Assembly: GCA_054661495.1 (NCBI GenBank)
Contig: BAAFSQ010000011.1
Coordinates: 1 to 32,000, forward strand
Direction: 5' to 3'
DNA from: Zygophlyctis sp. KS116
Taxonomy: Eukaryota; Fungi; Chytridiomycota
DNA length: 32,000 bases
Both the position numbers and the translations under genes were made by a program. A model generated the notes under the pieces. The model had not been told where the DNA came from, did no database searches, and saw only the letters and a list, made by a program, of their open reading frames with translations. Of the stretch, positions 30,750 to 32,000 are shown one piece after another. Positions within the stretch are counted from its first letter, which is position 1. Each line of letters begins with the position of its first letter.

Positions 30750-31991
30750 TCATCGGCTTGTAGTATTGAACTGACTAAAATATGCTTGAGTTGGTTGGTT
30801 CGTGTACAAGACCTTGTTAATATAATACTCTCTAAAATTTAAATAAATTTGCAATTACCTCTTTTTATCACTTATAGCCTTTTGCTCATTTTCTTGACGG
30901 ATCTGAATTGCAATTTCTTTTTTACGTCTTTCTCTTTCCCTATCTAATAGTGTCAATTTTCGGAGGTTTGCAGCTTCTTGAAGGGCCCACTCTTGTTCTC
31001 GTCTTCTCTCTTTTTCTCGGAGAGATTCAGCTTCTTCTCTTTGGGATTCTTGAATCTTTAATATTTCTTGTTTTTGAGATTGTGTTATTCCTTTAAATAA
31101 ATCAACTCGAACTCTAAAATAAGTAATTTTAAATTTTACTTGTGACCACCGCCAATATTAAAGACATCTGGAGTTTCAGTTAAGAATACACCATTCACAT
31201 TATTCAAAATTTCTTTATAACTAGCTTCTGCATCATTCTTTTTGGCTTCAAACTCTCTTTTTCTACGTTCTTCTGCCTAAAAATTAAATTTTAGAGCCGT
31301 ACCAAGAATAAATTATAATCCCTATCATATTCTGATTGTTCTTTTCTAGCATTATGGACTGCAATGTGAAGTGCATCCATCTTATCACTAATATTTCTTT
31401 GAAATTCTTCATATCGTTTCTTTTCATTGAGTTCTTCTAAAGCATTGACTTCTTTTTGATGCATTTGCTCTAAAGTCCAAGTTTTCATTTGTTCTTTTTG
31501 TAGTTGTAATCTTTTTTTAACTGCAGCATCTTCTCCTTCAAATCTTTGCATTCCTGAAATGCCACATCTCTGGTCTGAATCATTGACTCTAGCAGGAAAA
31601 TCCTTTTTAAGTGCATTCGGATCATACAAATCAAAATCTCTTCTTAAATTTGTTTGTTGATAATTCTTTCTAAATGATTCCAATTCTATTCTTTCAGCCT
31701 TTCGATCTTGAGCGACTTGATCATCCATGAGCTCTAAAATATGATTAGTGCTTCTCATCCGTTTATCAAAGTCCAAGTCCCTTTGCTTTTCTTGAGCTTT
31801 GAGACTCTGTTTTAATGCGATCTGCTCATCAAGAGTTTTTAGATCAACCTTTATGTAAATTTAAAGTTTATTACTCCAAGAATCCGGACTCGAGGATTAA
31901 AAATGATCTTTTTTCTCTCTTGATCCAATTTCCTACGACGCTGTATGGCTGCGGCTTGCAGATTATCAGATGGAATTTCAACCTTGTACAT
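30750..31991 (-). CDS. RIB43A-like microtubule inner protein (RIBC1/RIBC2 family), flagellar
   Basis: MYKVEIPSD..AAAIQRRR..RKKIIFNPRVRILG/VD, RRDFDLYDPNALKKDFPARVND..CGISGMQRFEGED, C-terminal YFSQFNTTSR*. Confidence 0.92.
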
Positions 31992-32000
31992 TATTCTAGT

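Noticed and set aside
1-32000. CRISPR arrays, tRNA, rRNA or prokaryotic operons
   Set aside because: Intron-containing eukaryotic genes fill the window; no repeat-spacer array or recognisable structural RNA gene was seen.

Overview
Very compact, AT-rich eukaryotic DNA. It most likely comes from a zoosporic fungus (chytrid-like): it combines flagellar genes (TMEM216, NME7, RIB43A, WDR27), a fungal-type complex I subunit and Crinkler (CRN)-type headers. Genes are split by tiny GT-AG introns (24-32 nt among those delimited) and packed almost without spacers. The housekeeping backbone is RPN9, THO2, RPL39, NAP1, PRE3, a Tim44/Mba1-like gene, MRPL32, an FPR3/4-type FKBP, ARPC4, PPIL1 and RPN2. RPL39 and MRPL32 are missing from the ORF track. 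Two rearranged accessory islands stand out. (1) A ~730-bp inverted duplication (8523-9251 / 14253-14981) carries a small predicted GPI-anchored surface-protein gene plus the first codons of NAP1. It brackets a 5-kb block that includes a signal-peptide-bearing REX4/ISG20-type exonuclease, and a third family member with a replaced second exon follows. (2) A quasi-palindromic CRN effector locus (23216-25795) has near-identical CRN headers in inverted orientation around the effector body, two broken SRPBCC copies and an inserted fragment of another CRN paralog. A second CRN with an apparently degenerate NTPase domain lies nearby. All family assignments come from motif recognition by eye; no searches were run.
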